This document shows positions 9,192 through 18,916 of a stretch of DNA of 64,000 nucleotides, piece after piece. The stretch spans positions 1,597,672-1,661,671 of the forward strand of contig OZ244163.1 in the NCBI GenBank assembly GCA_965216495.1, read 5' to 3'. The notes below the pieces were generated by a model, which was not told the origin of the DNA, did not search any database, and worked only from the letters and a program-made list of their open reading frames with translations. Made by a program: the position numbers and the translations under genes. Origin of the DNA: Acidimicrobiia bacterium (lineage in GTDB: Bacteria; Actinomycetota; Acidimicrobiia; Spongiisociales; ZC4RG35). Position 1 is the stretch's first letter, and each line of letters starts with the position of its first letter.

Positions 9192-10438
9192 ACCTGATCT
9201 CTGGCTTCGACGTAGACGGTCGTGATTCCCTCCGGGATCTCCACACCAGTGAGCGATCGCGTAAACGGTTGTTCTGTTGCGTGGTCGTGCAACAAGATGC
9301 GCTCGCCGTAAACGACACCATCGAACCCGATCACGCGCCAGGCGTCGGCGTAGCGCTCGGCAGAGTCGTACGGCGAGCTGATTGTCACATCGAACCGGTA
9401 GCTTGCCGTGCTTTCGGGGATCACCTCGACGGCTAGCACTTTTGGGTACAGCGCCGCTTGAAGCTCGGGTTCTACGCACCGGTCTTTACCTACTCCCCTG
9501 TTGGGGTTGAACACTCGACCCTCCACGAATCCCGCACCGGGTTCGGCCGTCGTCAGAAATCGCTCTATACCGTTGGCCACCGCTGTTGCAGCTTCGCGTT
9601 GGTATTCGATACTGGCGAACAGTTCGGCCTCGGCCCGGTTGGCCAGGTACCCGAGTTCTACCAGGACGGAAACCATCTCAGGCAGCCGCACCATCCCATA
9701 GGCATCGTCGCCGTCGGTATTGAGAACAGTCATGACCCCTGCGTCTGGAGCACGGTCCCAATCGATGTCGAATTGCGACAGGGCCTTCATGGTCTCTTCG
9801 AATATCAGCCCTCCTAGTCTTTCCGATTCATTCGAGTCGTGCTGTCGGAATATCTCAACACCGGGGATACCCGAACTTGGTGCGACCGGAGCGTTGTGGT
9901 GCAAAGAGACGAGGACTTTGGCGCCCATGAGTTCGGCATAGTCGGATCGGGTTCGAATTGGGATTGGGTAGTCGCCGGTTCGAGTAAGGACGGTGGCTAT
10001 CCCACGCTCATTCAGGATCTCCGCTACAACGAGGCTGACCCTCAGATTCAGCTCCTTTTCGGGGAGGCCGGTGGGCGCAACTGCACCAGTGTCGACAGGA
10101 CCACCGTGGCCTGGATCTATCAGCACCTCAACGTCGTAAACAGGTTCTCCGGCTTCCAAGACAGCGGGATCGCCGCACGGTGTCATCACTTCTATCAGGT
10201 CGCCGTTTGCCCCCGTCACGGCGACGATGACTCCACTTGGCGCGATCCACCCAACCGGTGGGCTCTGTTCGACCGTCGTCGTCGTTGGGGCAATTGTCAC
10301 TGGGATGGTGGAAGAGGTCGTCGTGGGCACAACGCTGGAGCCGGTGGTCGATGTCGGTTGTGCCGTACCTGTGCATGAGGAAACAGCGAGAGCGACTGCT
10401 GCCACGGCACCGACGATCCGACTGACGCTTCTGTTCAC
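9149..10438 (-). CDS. N-acetylmuramoyl-L-alanine amidase (Amidase_3) lipoprotein with extra C-terminal domain
   Basis: Lipobox-like VSSC, Thr-rich linker, IDPGHGG, EKELNL, VSLHHNA and LVELGYL. Confidence 0.9.
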   Translation of the reverse strand: MNRSVSRIVGAVAAVALAVSSCTGTAQPTSTTGSSVVPTTTSSTIPVTIAPTTTTVEQSPPVGWIAPSGVIVAVTGANGDLIEVMTPCGDPAVLEAGEPVYDVEVLIDPGHGGPVDTGAVAPTGLPEKELNLRVSLVVAEILNERGIATVLTRTGDYPIPIRTRSDYAELMGAKVLVSLHHNAPVAPSSGIPGVEIFRQHDSNESERLGGLIFEETMKALSQFDIDWDRAPDAGVMTVLNTDGDDAYGMVRLPEMVSVLVELGYLANRAEAELFASIEYQREAATAVANGIERFLTTAEPGAGFVEGRVFNPNRGVGKDRCVEPELQAALYPKVLAVEVIPESTASYRFDVTISSPYDSAERYADAWRVIGFDGVVYGERILLHDHATEQPFTRSLTGVEIPEGITTVYVEARDQVYGWGGAMVEVELP

Positions 10439-10444
10439 TGGCTG

Positions 10445-12133
10445 TCAGACGCCCATCAAGTCGGCCAAATCCTGTCCGACCTCTGCTGCCCGACGGAGCT
10501 GAGTCCTTCGCTCATTCTCGAGGTCGTCGGTTCTATGGGAGACCAGGTCGACATATATCTTCATCTTTGGCTCTGTGCCGCTCGGACGGACCAAAACGCG
10601 GCCTCCGTCGATATCCAATTGGATCAGATCTTGCTCGCCAAGCCAAGGCGGGCGTTCCTGTCCTCCGGTCCGGTAATCAGTGACCGACAAGACATCATGT
10701 CCTCCAACCGAAGCTGGCGGGCTAGCGGCGAGGTTTGCAATGGCGTCCCGGATCGCGGTAGCTCCCTCGGTGTCGTCCCTCTTGACCGACACTTGCGCGC
10801 TCGTCCACAGACCGTGGGCGTCAGCAAGCTCGTCGAGTCGCTCCTGAAGGCTTGATCCCGTCCGCTTTAGATGAGCCGCCAAGTCCAATATCACGACTGC
10901 GGCACTCAAGCCATCTTTGTCTCTGACCGTACGGCCCACCGAGTAGCCCAGCGCCTCCTCGTATCCGAAAACAAACTCGCCGCGGCCGTCCTCTTCGAGT
11001 GCCAGCGCTGCCGCCATGATCCACTTGAATCCAGTGAGGGTCGTTGCCCGCAGTGCCCCGTGAGTCCTGGCCACCAAATCAAGCATCGGGGAAGACACGA
11101 TCGAACTCGCGACGATCGGGTGTCGTGTGGCTGAACCGCCGAGGAGGTAATCCGCAAGTAGTGCGCCGATTTCGTTCCCCGTCAGGACCCGCCATCCGTC
11201 TCCATCCGGGACAGCCACGGCGAGTCGATCGGCGTCAGGGTCGTTGGCGATTATCAACTCGGCACCCTCTCGAGTTGCCGTGTCGATTGCAAGGTCCAAG
11301 GCACCAGGCTCTTCGGGGTTGGGAAAATCGACAGTTGGGAACTCGCCGTCCGGCGAGAACTGGGCTTCGACCGGAACGACCCGGCGGTGGCCGGCCCGTT
11401 GCATGAGTTCGAGCAGCGGTGCTCCTCCTACACCGTGTAGCGGTGTGTAAACAGTGACTAGGTCGGAACCGTCGCGGTGGATTCGGGTTCGGTCTATCTC
11501 GCTCCAGTATTCATCAAAGACCTCTTCTGGTATCGGCCTCACATTGGTGTCCGTTCCTGAGAAGGTGCCCTCAACCCGAGGGATCAGATTGGCGGCAGGG
11601 GCGCCAGTGATGTGTTCCTGGATAGTCTCGTCGGTCGGGGGCACAATCTGGGCAGCGTTCGTCCCGTAGACCTTGTATCCGTTGTCTCGCGGTGGATTGT
11701 GCGACGCAGTGACTACGACGGCGGCCAACGCTCCAACTTTTTTGGCGGCAAATGCGGCGACGGGCGTGGGTGTGACCTCCGGAAAGTATCGGACGTCGAA
11801 ACCGTGCGCTGCGAGCACACCAGATGCGTCCTCGGCGAACTGACGACTGCTGGGCCGGGCGTCAAAGGCAACAATCACCGGACCGTCTGCATCAATCTCT
11901 TCCAGGAACCGGGCAAGGCCGTACGTCGTGCGAATCACCACGGCCCGGTTCATGCGTGAGCTTCCTGCCGCTACTTCACCACGGATACCGGCAGTCCCAA
12001 AAGTGAGGCTCTCGCCAAACCGATCAGTCAATTCGTCCTCGTCCTGTGCTGCAATCAGCTCCAGAATCTCTTGTTGGGTCTCGGGGTCTGGATCGGCTTC
12101 TGCCCAGGCGCGGGCAACGGAGAAAACATCCAT
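10445..12133 (-). CDS. Phosphomannomutase / phospho-sugar mutase
   Basis: FGTAGIRG, TASHNP, DPDADR, GYEEALG and RPSGTEPK motifs. Start moved to ATG 12133 (MDVFS). Confidence 0.95.
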   Translation of the reverse strand: MDVFSVARAWAEADPDPETQQEILELIAAQDEDELTDRFGESLTFGTAGIRGEVAAGSSRMNRAVVIRTTYGLARFLEEIDADGPVIVAFDARPSSRQFAEDASGVLAAHGFDVRYFPEVTPTPVAAFAAKKVGALAAVVVTASHNPPRDNGYKVYGTNAAQIVPPTDETIQEHITGAPAANLIPRVEGTFSGTDTNVRPIPEEVFDEYWSEIDRTRIHRDGSDLVTVYTPLHGVGGAPLLELMQRAGHRRVVPVEAQFSPDGEFPTVDFPNPEEPGALDLAIDTATREGAELIIANDPDADRLAVAVPDGDGWRVLTGNEIGALLADYLLGGSATRHPIVASSIVSSPMLDLVARTHGALRATTLTGFKWIMAAALALEEDGRGEFVFGYEEALGYSVGRTVRDKDGLSAAVVILDLAAHLKRTGSSLQERLDELADAHGLWTSAQVSVKRDDTEGATAIRDAIANLAASPPASVGGHDVLSVTDYRTGGQERPPWLGEQDLIQLDIDGGRVLVRPSGTEPKMKIYVDLVSHRTDDLENERRTQLRRAAEVGQDLADLMGV

Positions 12134-12155
12134 GTTCAATAAACCGTACCTGGGG

Positions 12156-13154
12156 TCAGAGCGAACGCTGCTGCCACTGCCATGAGTCGGTACACATGTC
12201 GGCCAGCGACTTTTTCGCCTGCCAGCCGAGGACGTCGCGAGCCTTGGCGACATCGGCGTAAGACACTGCGATATCGCCAGCGCGCCTCTCCTCGATTTCG
12301 TACGGCACAGGTTTTCCACTTGCCATCTCGTAGGTATTGATCAGCTCCAAAACCGAGTGGCCTCGACCGGTCCCAAGGTTGAATGTATGGACCCCTGGTC
12401 TGCCGGCCAGGTGTTCCAACGCCGCCAGATGACCTTCAGCAAGATCCACCACGTGGATGTAGTCCCTCACTCCAGTTCCGTCCGGCGTCGGATAGTCGTT
12501 CCCGTAGACGGGGACTTTCGCAAGCTGACCTGCCGCCACCCGTGCCACGTAGGGCATTAGATTGCTCGGCACGCCGGAGGGATCCTCTCCGATCGATCCC
12601 GATGGGTGTGCCCCAACGGGATTGAAGTATCTGAGGAGCGCGATCTCCCACCGAGGATCAGCTCGGTGTAAGTCCTTGAAGACCCCTTCCATGATGATCT
12701 TGGTTTGACCGTATGGATTTGTGGCAACGCCGACTGGTGTGTCCTCCGTCATAGGCAGCTGATCAGGGGTGCCATATACCGTGGCGGAGGAACTGAAGAC
12801 AACGCGATGGACTCCAGCGTTGCCGAGGGCCTCCAGCAACGAAATGGTTCCATGAACGTTGTTGTCGTAGTACTTGAGTGGTTGCTCGACCGACTCCCCA
12901 ACTGCTTTGAGAGCAGCAAAGTGGATACATGCGTCGAAGCCTCTCGTCGCAAGTGTCGTGAGAGCAGCGGTGTCACGAATGTCGACTTCGTGAAACTCCG
13001 GGATGCTTCCGGTGATCTCGCCGATACGAGTTAGGACCGATGGATGAGCGTTGGAGAGGTTGTCGACAACAACGGGTTCATGGCCAGCTTCTTGCAAACT
13101 GACAACTGTATGGCTCCCGATGAAACCGGCGCCTCCCGTGACAAGAATCCTCAT
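12156..13154 (-). CDS. galE: UDP-glucose 4-epimerase
   Basis: TGGAGFIGSH, HFAALKAVGES, YGQTK and LRYFNPVGAH motifs. Confidence 0.97.
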   Translation of the reverse strand: MRILVTGGAGFIGSHTVVSLQEAGHEPVVVDNLSNAHPSVLTRIGEITGSIPEFHEVDIRDTAALTTLATRGFDACIHFAALKAVGESVEQPLKYYDNNVHGTISLLEALGNAGVHRVVFSSSATVYGTPDQLPMTEDTPVGVATNPYGQTKIIMEGVFKDLHRADPRWEIALLRYFNPVGAHPSGSIGEDPSGVPSNLMPYVARVAAGQLAKVPVYGNDYPTPDGTGVRDYIHVVDLAEGHLAALEHLAGRPGVHTFNLGTGRGHSVLELINTYEMASGKPVPYEIEERRAGDIAVSYADVAKARDVLGWQAKKSLADMCTDSWQWQQRSL

Positions 13155-14170
13155 TGTTGCTCCCCCTTCGGAAGTGTCAGTGTGAAACACGAGTAGTCGC
13201 CATCGTGATCGTATTGGAGGGTGCCACCCATGGCCAAGGCTAGGTCATGTGCGACCGACAGGCCGAGGCCCACAGAACGCGGATTGGCGGGCCCAGGACC
13301 TGTTTGGAATGGCTGGAAGATCTTGGTCCGATCATCTTCGGACAGTGGCTCTCCGTCATCGCAAACGCTTATCGCGACTGAAGGGCCTCGCATCGACGTA
13401 ACCACCTTCACGCTTGTACCGCCATATCGGATTGCGTTGCTCAGCAGATTTCGCACTATCTGACGGGTCCTCCTCGGGTCAGCTCTCGCAACGACCCCTT
13501 CTGTGAACTCGGTGGCAATCTGCCTTGCCTCGCCCTCCAATACACGCCGAACTTCGGGTTCCACCTCAAATGATTCTGGCGTCAAGCTCACCGTGTGAGC
13601 GCCGCTGCGATGAGACACGAGGAGGTCTTCGATAATCCAGGCTGCGTCTTCAGCCTGAGAAGCCACCACCCGAATCATCTCCGTGATTTCCTCATCAGAA
13701 AGCCGATCGGGTTCCTTCGCCATCAGCTGTGACATGCCAAGAACCACCGCAATTGGGTTCCTCAGTTCGTGAGACACAGTAGCGATGAAGAGGTCCCGGG
13801 CCTTTTTCGCCGCGACGGTGTCGGTCATGTCAATGATCGCTCCTTCGGCCCACTGAGCGCCCCCCGCCTGAACCGTCTTCACGCAATGGCGAACATGAAC
13901 TGATGTCCCGTCCGATTGGATCAGTTGTGTATCGAACTCCGCGGGTGACACGGACTCTGAGATGGCTCTGAGCCATTTTGATTGCTCGGAGTCATCAGCG
14001 AATGAGAGCAGCAGACAGTCTGGTCGATCGAGCAACTCGACTTCCGAGCCAAAACCAAGAAGCCTGGCCAACGCGGAGTTGCCGTCCTCGAGTAGACCGT
14101 CACTTGACGCCCTGTAGAGCGCGATCGGTGCACGAATCCACTTGCTGTCGGTGTCCGGACCTGGGCTCAC
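13151..14170 (-). CDS. Cytoplasmic PAS-domain sensor histidine kinase
   Basis: PAS-like N terminus, SHELRNP, RNLLSNA, DDG and GLGL. Its stop overlaps the galE ATG (ATGA). Confidence 0.9.
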   Translation of the reverse strand: MSPGPDTDSKWIRAPIALYRASSDGLLEDGNSALARLLGFGSEVELLDRPDCLLLSFADDSEQSKWLRAISESVSPAEFDTQLIQSDGTSVHVRHCVKTVQAGGAQWAEGAIIDMTDTVAAKKARDLFIATVSHELRNPIAVVLGMSQLMAKEPDRLSDEEITEMIRVVASQAEDAAWIIEDLLVSHRSGAHTVSLTPESFEVEPEVRRVLEGEARQIATEFTEGVVARADPRRTRQIVRNLLSNAIRYGGTSVKVVTSMRGPSVAISVCDDGEPLSEDDRTKIFQPFQTGPGPANPRSVGLGLSVAHDLALAMGGTLQYDHDGDYSCFTLTLPKGEQQ

Positions 14171-14177
14171 ATTCTGA

Positions 14178-14204
14178 TTATCGACGTTTCGGTGATTTCA
14201 CTGG
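14178..14204 (-). promoter_or_regulatory. Sigma-28-like promoter
   Basis: Minus strand CCAG-N15-GTCGATAA ending 7 nt before the GTG start. Confidence 0.45.
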
Positions 14205-14264
14205 ATACACGAGCGGTGTTCAGTGGACGCCCACTCAGTTGTGGCGACCGTCCGTGGGCCGGCT

Positions 14265-14969
14265 TCATCCGGCCATGTCCAAGTCGAGGGTCATTTGCGG
14301 CTCCGGTCTGAAATACCGACTCACTCCGTTCCACATCAGGTGATCCATATACACCCACGATTGGCGATGAACAGTGCTGGGTCCCATCGCCTGGAGGTGT
14401 GCCTTGTGAACTGGACATGGATATCCCTTGTTCGCCTCGAAGTTGTATCCAGGGTGGGTGGTAGCCAATTCGATCATCATTCGATCGCGTGAGACCTTGG
14501 CCAATATCGAAGCTGCCGCGATTGACAGGGATGTTCGATCACCACCGACCAGCTTTCGAGCACCTCCAATGAAATCCCAGTTGCCGTCGACCAAATGCTC
14601 GTCTGGATCCAAGGTGAGGTCGTCTAGAGCCCGACGGGCTGCCAACCGCTGAGCATCTGACATGCCGAGTTCGTCGCACTCGGCGGGCGTCGCATGACCG
14701 ACAGCCCAGTCGTCACACCAACCGGCGATCCGATCGAATAGAGCCTCTCTTTCTCGTGCGGTGAGCATCTTCGAATCCCGGATCTTGTAGAGCCGCTTGT
14801 CCTTGGGCACGATCGCGACTCCGACCGTCAGCGGCCCGGCCCAGGCGCCGCGGCCGACCTCATCAATGCCGACCACGATCTGAGAACCCGAGTCCCAAAG
14901 CTCCCTCTCGATAGCCAGGCCAGGGGCGCTCTTCTTGAGGCTCGGCCGAAGTCGAGGGACAGAAGACAT
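14265..14969 (-). CDS. rnhB: Ribonuclease HII
   Basis: GIDEVGRGAWAGP, RDSK, VDGN, SIAAASILAKVSRD and NKGY motifs. Confidence 0.95.
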   Translation of the reverse strand: MSSVPRLRPSLKKSAPGLAIERELWDSGSQIVVGIDEVGRGAWAGPLTVGVAIVPKDKRLYKIRDSKMLTAREREALFDRIAGWCDDWAVGHATPAECDELGMSDAQRLAARRALDDLTLDPDEHLVDGNWDFIGGARKLVGGDRTSLSIAAASILAKVSRDRMMIELATTHPGYNFEANKGYPCPVHKAHLQAMGPSTVHRQSWVYMDHLMWNGVSRYFRPEPQMTLDLDMAG

Positions 14970-15006
14970 GGATCGTCAGGGTAACTCAAGGCCCGTTCAG
15001 GATCTG

Positions 15007-15525
15007 CTAGTTGAGCGAGGGATCCTCAGCGTAAGTGGAGACGACCGAAAGTGGACCGCTCTGGCGCCGGAGCACAAGTCTCCAAAGATCGGGGTCGTCA
15101 CTGAATGCGTCACTGCTAGTTGCAGGAACCAAAAACCACGCTCCGTCGTCGATCTCGTCTTCGAGCTGGCCGGCAGTCCAGCCGGCGTAACCGGAGAACA
15201 CCTTGACGTCTGTGACTTCGGACGACGGGGCCGCGAGATCAACCATTGAAACCCCCGAGGGCTCGAGATCGGTGACGTGACTCTGACGGCCAAGCCCAAT
15301 GGCCATGTCCGGCTCGACAGGACCGCCGAAATGGACCACTGCACTCACGGCGAGTTCAGCCCATTCGGGAAGGTGGTCGGCGACGCTCACCGTGGTTGGA
15401 CGGTTGAGCACCAGACCAAGAGCGCCGTCTTGGTCGTGGCTCACGATCAAGACCACTGTTCGATAGAAGTTCGGGTCTATGAGATTTGGTGTGGCGACCA
15501 GGAGTTGACCCGACAAGTCTGTCAT
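15007..15525 (-). CDS. YqgE/AlgH (DUF179) family protein
   Basis: LLVATP..DPNFYRTV, GLVLNRP, GGPVE, GYAGW..GQLE.E and terminal PSLN. Confidence 0.92.
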   Translation of the reverse strand: MTDLSGQLLVATPNLIDPNFYRTVVLIVSHDQDGALGLVLNRPTTVSVADHLPEWAELAVSAVVHFGGPVEPDMAIGLGRQSHVTDLEPSGVSMVDLAAPSSEVTDVKVFSGYAGWTAGQLEDEIDDGAWFLVPATSSDAFSDDPDLWRLVLRRQSGPLSVVSTYAEDPSLN

Positions 15526-15577
15526 GGCGGTTCATGCTGGCACCTCTCAGCGATCTCTGCATCACTACCGTGGCCCC

Positions 15578-16609
15578 GTGAGAGCTTTGGTCAAGTATCC
15601 CAACGAACTCGGGTTGAGGCTCGAAGACACCCCACAACCTCAACCAGGCCCCGACGAGGTGCTCATTCGGGTACACACGACAGGCATTTGCGGCACCGAT
15701 CTACACATCTACGACTGGGATCCCTGGGCTGCAGCCAACGTGCCAGCACCGATGGTTGTAGGTCACGAGTTTTCAGGTCATATCGCGGGTATGGGGGTCA
15801 ACGTTTCTGGATTTGTCGAAGGTGAGCTCGTGAGCGCGGAGGGCCACGTGGTTTGCGGGTCTTGTCGAAACTGCCTTGCTGGTCGCCGTCATCTCTGCCA
15901 TCAGCCGAGAGGGCTGGGGGTCAACATCCCAGGAGCATTTGCAGACTATGTCGTCGTCCCAAAGACCAACGTCTGGCGTCATACCGAGGAGACCACGCCA
16001 GAGATTGGGGCGTTGTTCGATCCATTTGGGAACGCTGTCCACACCGCACTGAAGTTCCCGGTACTGGGGGAAGATGTCCTGATCACCGGAGCAGGGCCAA
16101 TTGGTCTAATGGCAACCGCCATCGTCAAACACGCTGGAGCGAGAAACGTAGTCGTCACTGACCTAAACGAGTTCCGGCGCGACTTGGCCGTGATGATGGG
16201 AGCAACGCGGACCCTTGACCCAACCGCTGGTGATCTGCGTCAAGTGCAAAACGAGTTGGGTATGGAGGAAGGGTTCGATGTTGCCTTGGAGATGTCAGGG
16301 AGCAGTGCTGCGATGAGTGACATACTCAACAACACGATTCACGGAGCCAATATCGCCCTGCTGGGGATCCCTGGCGAACCGTATGCGATCGATTGGTCAA
16401 CAGTCATCTTCAACATGCTGAACATCAAAGGCATCTTCGGGCGAGAAATGTACGACACCTGGTACAAGATGAACGTTCTGATCACGAGTGGTCTCGACAT
16501 ATCACCCGTGGTTACTCACCGATACAAGGCTGAGAGTTATGAAGAGGCGTTCGAGGCCATCCGTGACGAGCGATCCGGCAAGGTCTTGATGTCCTGGGCC
16601 TCCAGCTAG
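15578..16609 (+). CDS. tdh: L-threonine 3-dehydrogenase
   Basis: GICGTDLHIYDWD, GHEFSG, EGH..CGSCRNC....HLC, DPFGNAVHTAL and GREMYDTW. GTG start at 15578. Confidence 0.95.
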   Translation: MRALVKYPNELGLRLEDTPQPQPGPDEVLIRVHTTGICGTDLHIYDWDPWAAANVPAPMVVGHEFSGHIAGMGVNVSGFVEGELVSAEGHVVCGSCRNCLAGRRHLCHQPRGLGVNIPGAFADYVVVPKTNVWRHTEETTPEIGALFDPFGNAVHTALKFPVLGEDVLITGAGPIGLMATAIVKHAGARNVVVTDLNEFRRDLAVMMGATRTLDPTAGDLRQVQNELGMEEGFDVALEMSGSSAAMSDILNNTIHGANIALLGIPGEPYAIDWSTVIFNMLNIKGIFGREMYDTWYKMNVLITSGLDISPVVTHRYKAESYEEAFEAIRDERSGKVLMSWASS

Positions 16610-17418
16610 GGAAGATTCTCCTCAATCCAGCTGACAATGTCGGCGACCACTTCAGGTCCTTCTGGCTCGTTCATGGTTTCATGACGTAGACCGTCTAACA
16701 GCTGCCGTTCGACATTGGGCAGCTCCCCAAGACCTTCGCTGCTCGCGGGGGGCACGATTGTGTCCTCGCCTCCGTGGATCAAATAGGTAGGTAGGTCAAG
16801 GGCCTCCAAGTTGGCGTTTAGGTCGTCGATCGCTTCGAAGATTTTGCTGCCTAACCGTGCTGTTGACTTGATCACCACCAGGGGGTCAGCAAAGTATCGC
16901 TCTGCGACGGCTGGATCTCGACTCAACTGGTCGCCGTCGAGGCCGTTCGGGATAGCCAAGGTGGGAAGGAAGCGTCCCACGACTGGCGCCAATGCTCGCT
17001 GCCATGCTTCACCGCCGGCCAGGGCAGGTGCGGATAGCACGAGAAGATCGGGTGATTCGTATTCACCTAGGGCGTACCCGAGGGAGAGGTTGCCGCCCAG
17101 AGAATGTCCCATCAGAACGACAGGCCCACCTTCCGAGAGCGCCCACTGGACGTGCCGCTCGATCTGGCGGTGATAATCTGACCAGTCTTCGATGTCCCAC
17201 CGTCGGCCGCCACTTCCGCCGGCGCCTATCAGGTCGAAGGCGCGGACATGCAGACCGCTAGTAGCCATCTGCTCACCCACGGCGTGATATCGCCCAGAAT
17301 GCTCCGCCAAACCGTGAACCAGGACAACGAAGGCTTTCGGCTTGCTGTCTGGCGACCAGTCTCGAACCAATTCGGTTCCAGCGAGATCATGCGGTTGGGC
17401 GTGTGTGGTAGCTGCCAT
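16606..17418 (-). CDS. Alpha/beta hydrolase, lysophospholipase family
   Basis: VHGLAEHSGRY, GHSLGG, D..V and RHE..NE motifs. Confidence 0.9.
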   Translation of the reverse strand: MAATTHAQPHDLAGTELVRDWSPDSKPKAFVVLVHGLAEHSGRYHAVGEQMATSGLHVRAFDLIGAGGSGGRRWDIEDWSDYHRQIERHVQWALSEGGPVVLMGHSLGGNLSLGYALGEYESPDLLVLSAPALAGGEAWQRALAPVVGRFLPTLAIPNGLDGDQLSRDPAVAERYFADPLVVIKSTARLGSKIFEAIDDLNANLEALDLPTYLIHGGEDTIVPPASSEGLGELPNVERQLLDGLRHETMNEPEGPEVVADIVSWIEENLP

Positions 17419-17435
17419 GGGGCCGATCTTATGAG

Positions 17436-18485
17436 TCAGCCGGAAACGTGAAAAGGTGGCCGCGCTGTCGTGCCCGAAAACTGACGGCCGCGGATCTCCA
17501 CCTCAACCGGGGTTCCTGTGGGCTGGGGCGGGGCCATGTATGCCAGTGCAATCCCTTGTCCAAGGATCGGACTCATATTTCCGGACGTCACGATCCCAGT
17601 TGCACCATTGGCTGCCGTGACACTGCAACCGGATCGAGGTACTCCCCGCTCATTCAGGACGATCCCCGCCATGGCCCGCTCCAAGCCTTGCTCTCGTTGC
17701 TTCAACAGAGCACTACGCCCGGTGAACTCGTGATCAAAAGAGACCGCGAAGTTGAGGCCAGCCTCCAGAGGAGTGAAGGATTCGTTGAGATCCGAACCCC
17801 ACAATGGGAATCCTGCTTCGAGCCTCAGGGTGTCGCGGGCCCCGAGTCCGCACGGTTGCGCTCCCGCGTCCAAAAGTGCGGAGAGCACTTGACCGGCGAC
17901 GCCGGATGGCATACATAGCTCCGCTCCTGGCTCCCCGGTGTACCCAGTGCCAGCGGCCGCCATGGTTGTGCCGTCCTTCCAAGAGAGCGAGAGGTTGCGA
18001 AACCGTCCCGGATGCCTTCCGAAGACTCGGTCCAGAGTCTCCTGCGCCGAAGGCCCCTGTACCGCCAGAAACACCGTTGAACCCTGCAAGTCTGCCACCT
18101 TGGTTTGGGCGTGTCTCGCAAACGATTCCATAACGCGAGCCTGATTGACAGCGTTGGGCATAACCCAAAACTCGTCGTCGCCAAGCCACCAAACAATGAT
18201 GTCGTCGATTACTCCACCATCTTCGTTCAGCATCATTGTGTATTGACACTTACCGGGTTCGATGCGGTCTATGTCGTTGCACAACAGCGCGCTGATGGCC
18301 TGGTGCGCTCCCTTCCCGGTGAGTGAGAAGCGGCCCAGGTGTGTAACGTCAAAGACACCAACCGTCTCCCGCACGGACTGGTGCTCCGAGATAACCGAGC
18401 CAAATCTCAGGGGCATTTCCCACCCTCCGAAATCGGTGAATCGCGCTCCGAGGCTTTCGTTGACGCTGTGGAGGGGTGACCTCAT
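17436..18485 (-). CDS. gcvT: Glycine cleavage system aminomethyltransferase T
   Basis: FGGWEMP, GVFDVTHLG, TGYTGE and GLGARDTLRLEAG motifs. Confidence 0.95.
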   Translation of the reverse strand: MRSPLHSVNESLGARFTDFGGWEMPLRFGSVISEHQSVRETVGVFDVTHLGRFSLTGKGAHQAISALLCNDIDRIEPGKCQYTMMLNEDGGVIDDIIVWWLGDDEFWVMPNAVNQARVMESFARHAQTKVADLQGSTVFLAVQGPSAQETLDRVFGRHPGRFRNLSLSWKDGTTMAAAGTGYTGEPGAELCMPSGVAGQVLSALLDAGAQPCGLGARDTLRLEAGFPLWGSDLNESFTPLEAGLNFAVSFDHEFTGRSALLKQREQGLERAMAGIVLNERGVPRSGCSVTAANGATGIVTSGNMSPILGQGIALAYMAPPQPTGTPVEVEIRGRQFSGTTARPPFHVSG

Positions 18486-18916
18486 CCGGTCAGGCGCTCT
18501 CCTCGATCCGCCAGTCGAACGATCGACGGCTCTCCTGGAATGCGCGTCGGCGCAAGGGCATCAACCATGTTTTCAGGCTCCTCGAGGCCGTACTTGACCA
18601 CGAGATGGAGATAGTCCCGCTGGTAGAAGATCTTGCAGTTGATATCCGGATGGTATTTCTTCAGTTCCCGGATCTTCTTGTTTTTCTTAGTAACAAGCTT
18701 TTGATTCATAGTGGTGATCTCAATAAAGAGATCATCACGTGGCAGATAGAAGTCCGGCGTGAAGAACTTCGCCGGTTCACCGTCTTCCCAACCGATTGGG
18801 AAGCTCCTCGGTTCGTAATGCCACGGAATCTCATAGAAGTCGAGGAGTAGAGCGAACTGTCGCTCACTGTTATGGGCGAAATCGACTTCGGAAGCGGTCA
18901 GCTGCTTGGTGGTCAG
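18482..18916 (-). CDS. Conserved hypothetical protein with PD-(D/E)xK-like motif and probable CTG start
   Basis: The frame stays open upstream of the tracked ATG (FAHNSERQFALLLDFYEIPWHYEP...FTPDFYLP...FIEITT). CTG at 18916 overlaps the MerR stop (CTGA). Confidence 0.75.
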   Translation of the reverse strand: MTTKQLTASEVDFAHNSERQFALLLDFYEIPWHYEPRSFPIGWEDGEPAKFFTPDFYLPRDDLFIEITTMNQKLVTKKNKKIRELKKYHPDINCKIFYQRDYLHLVVKYGLEEPENMVDALAPTRIPGEPSIVRLADRGERLTG

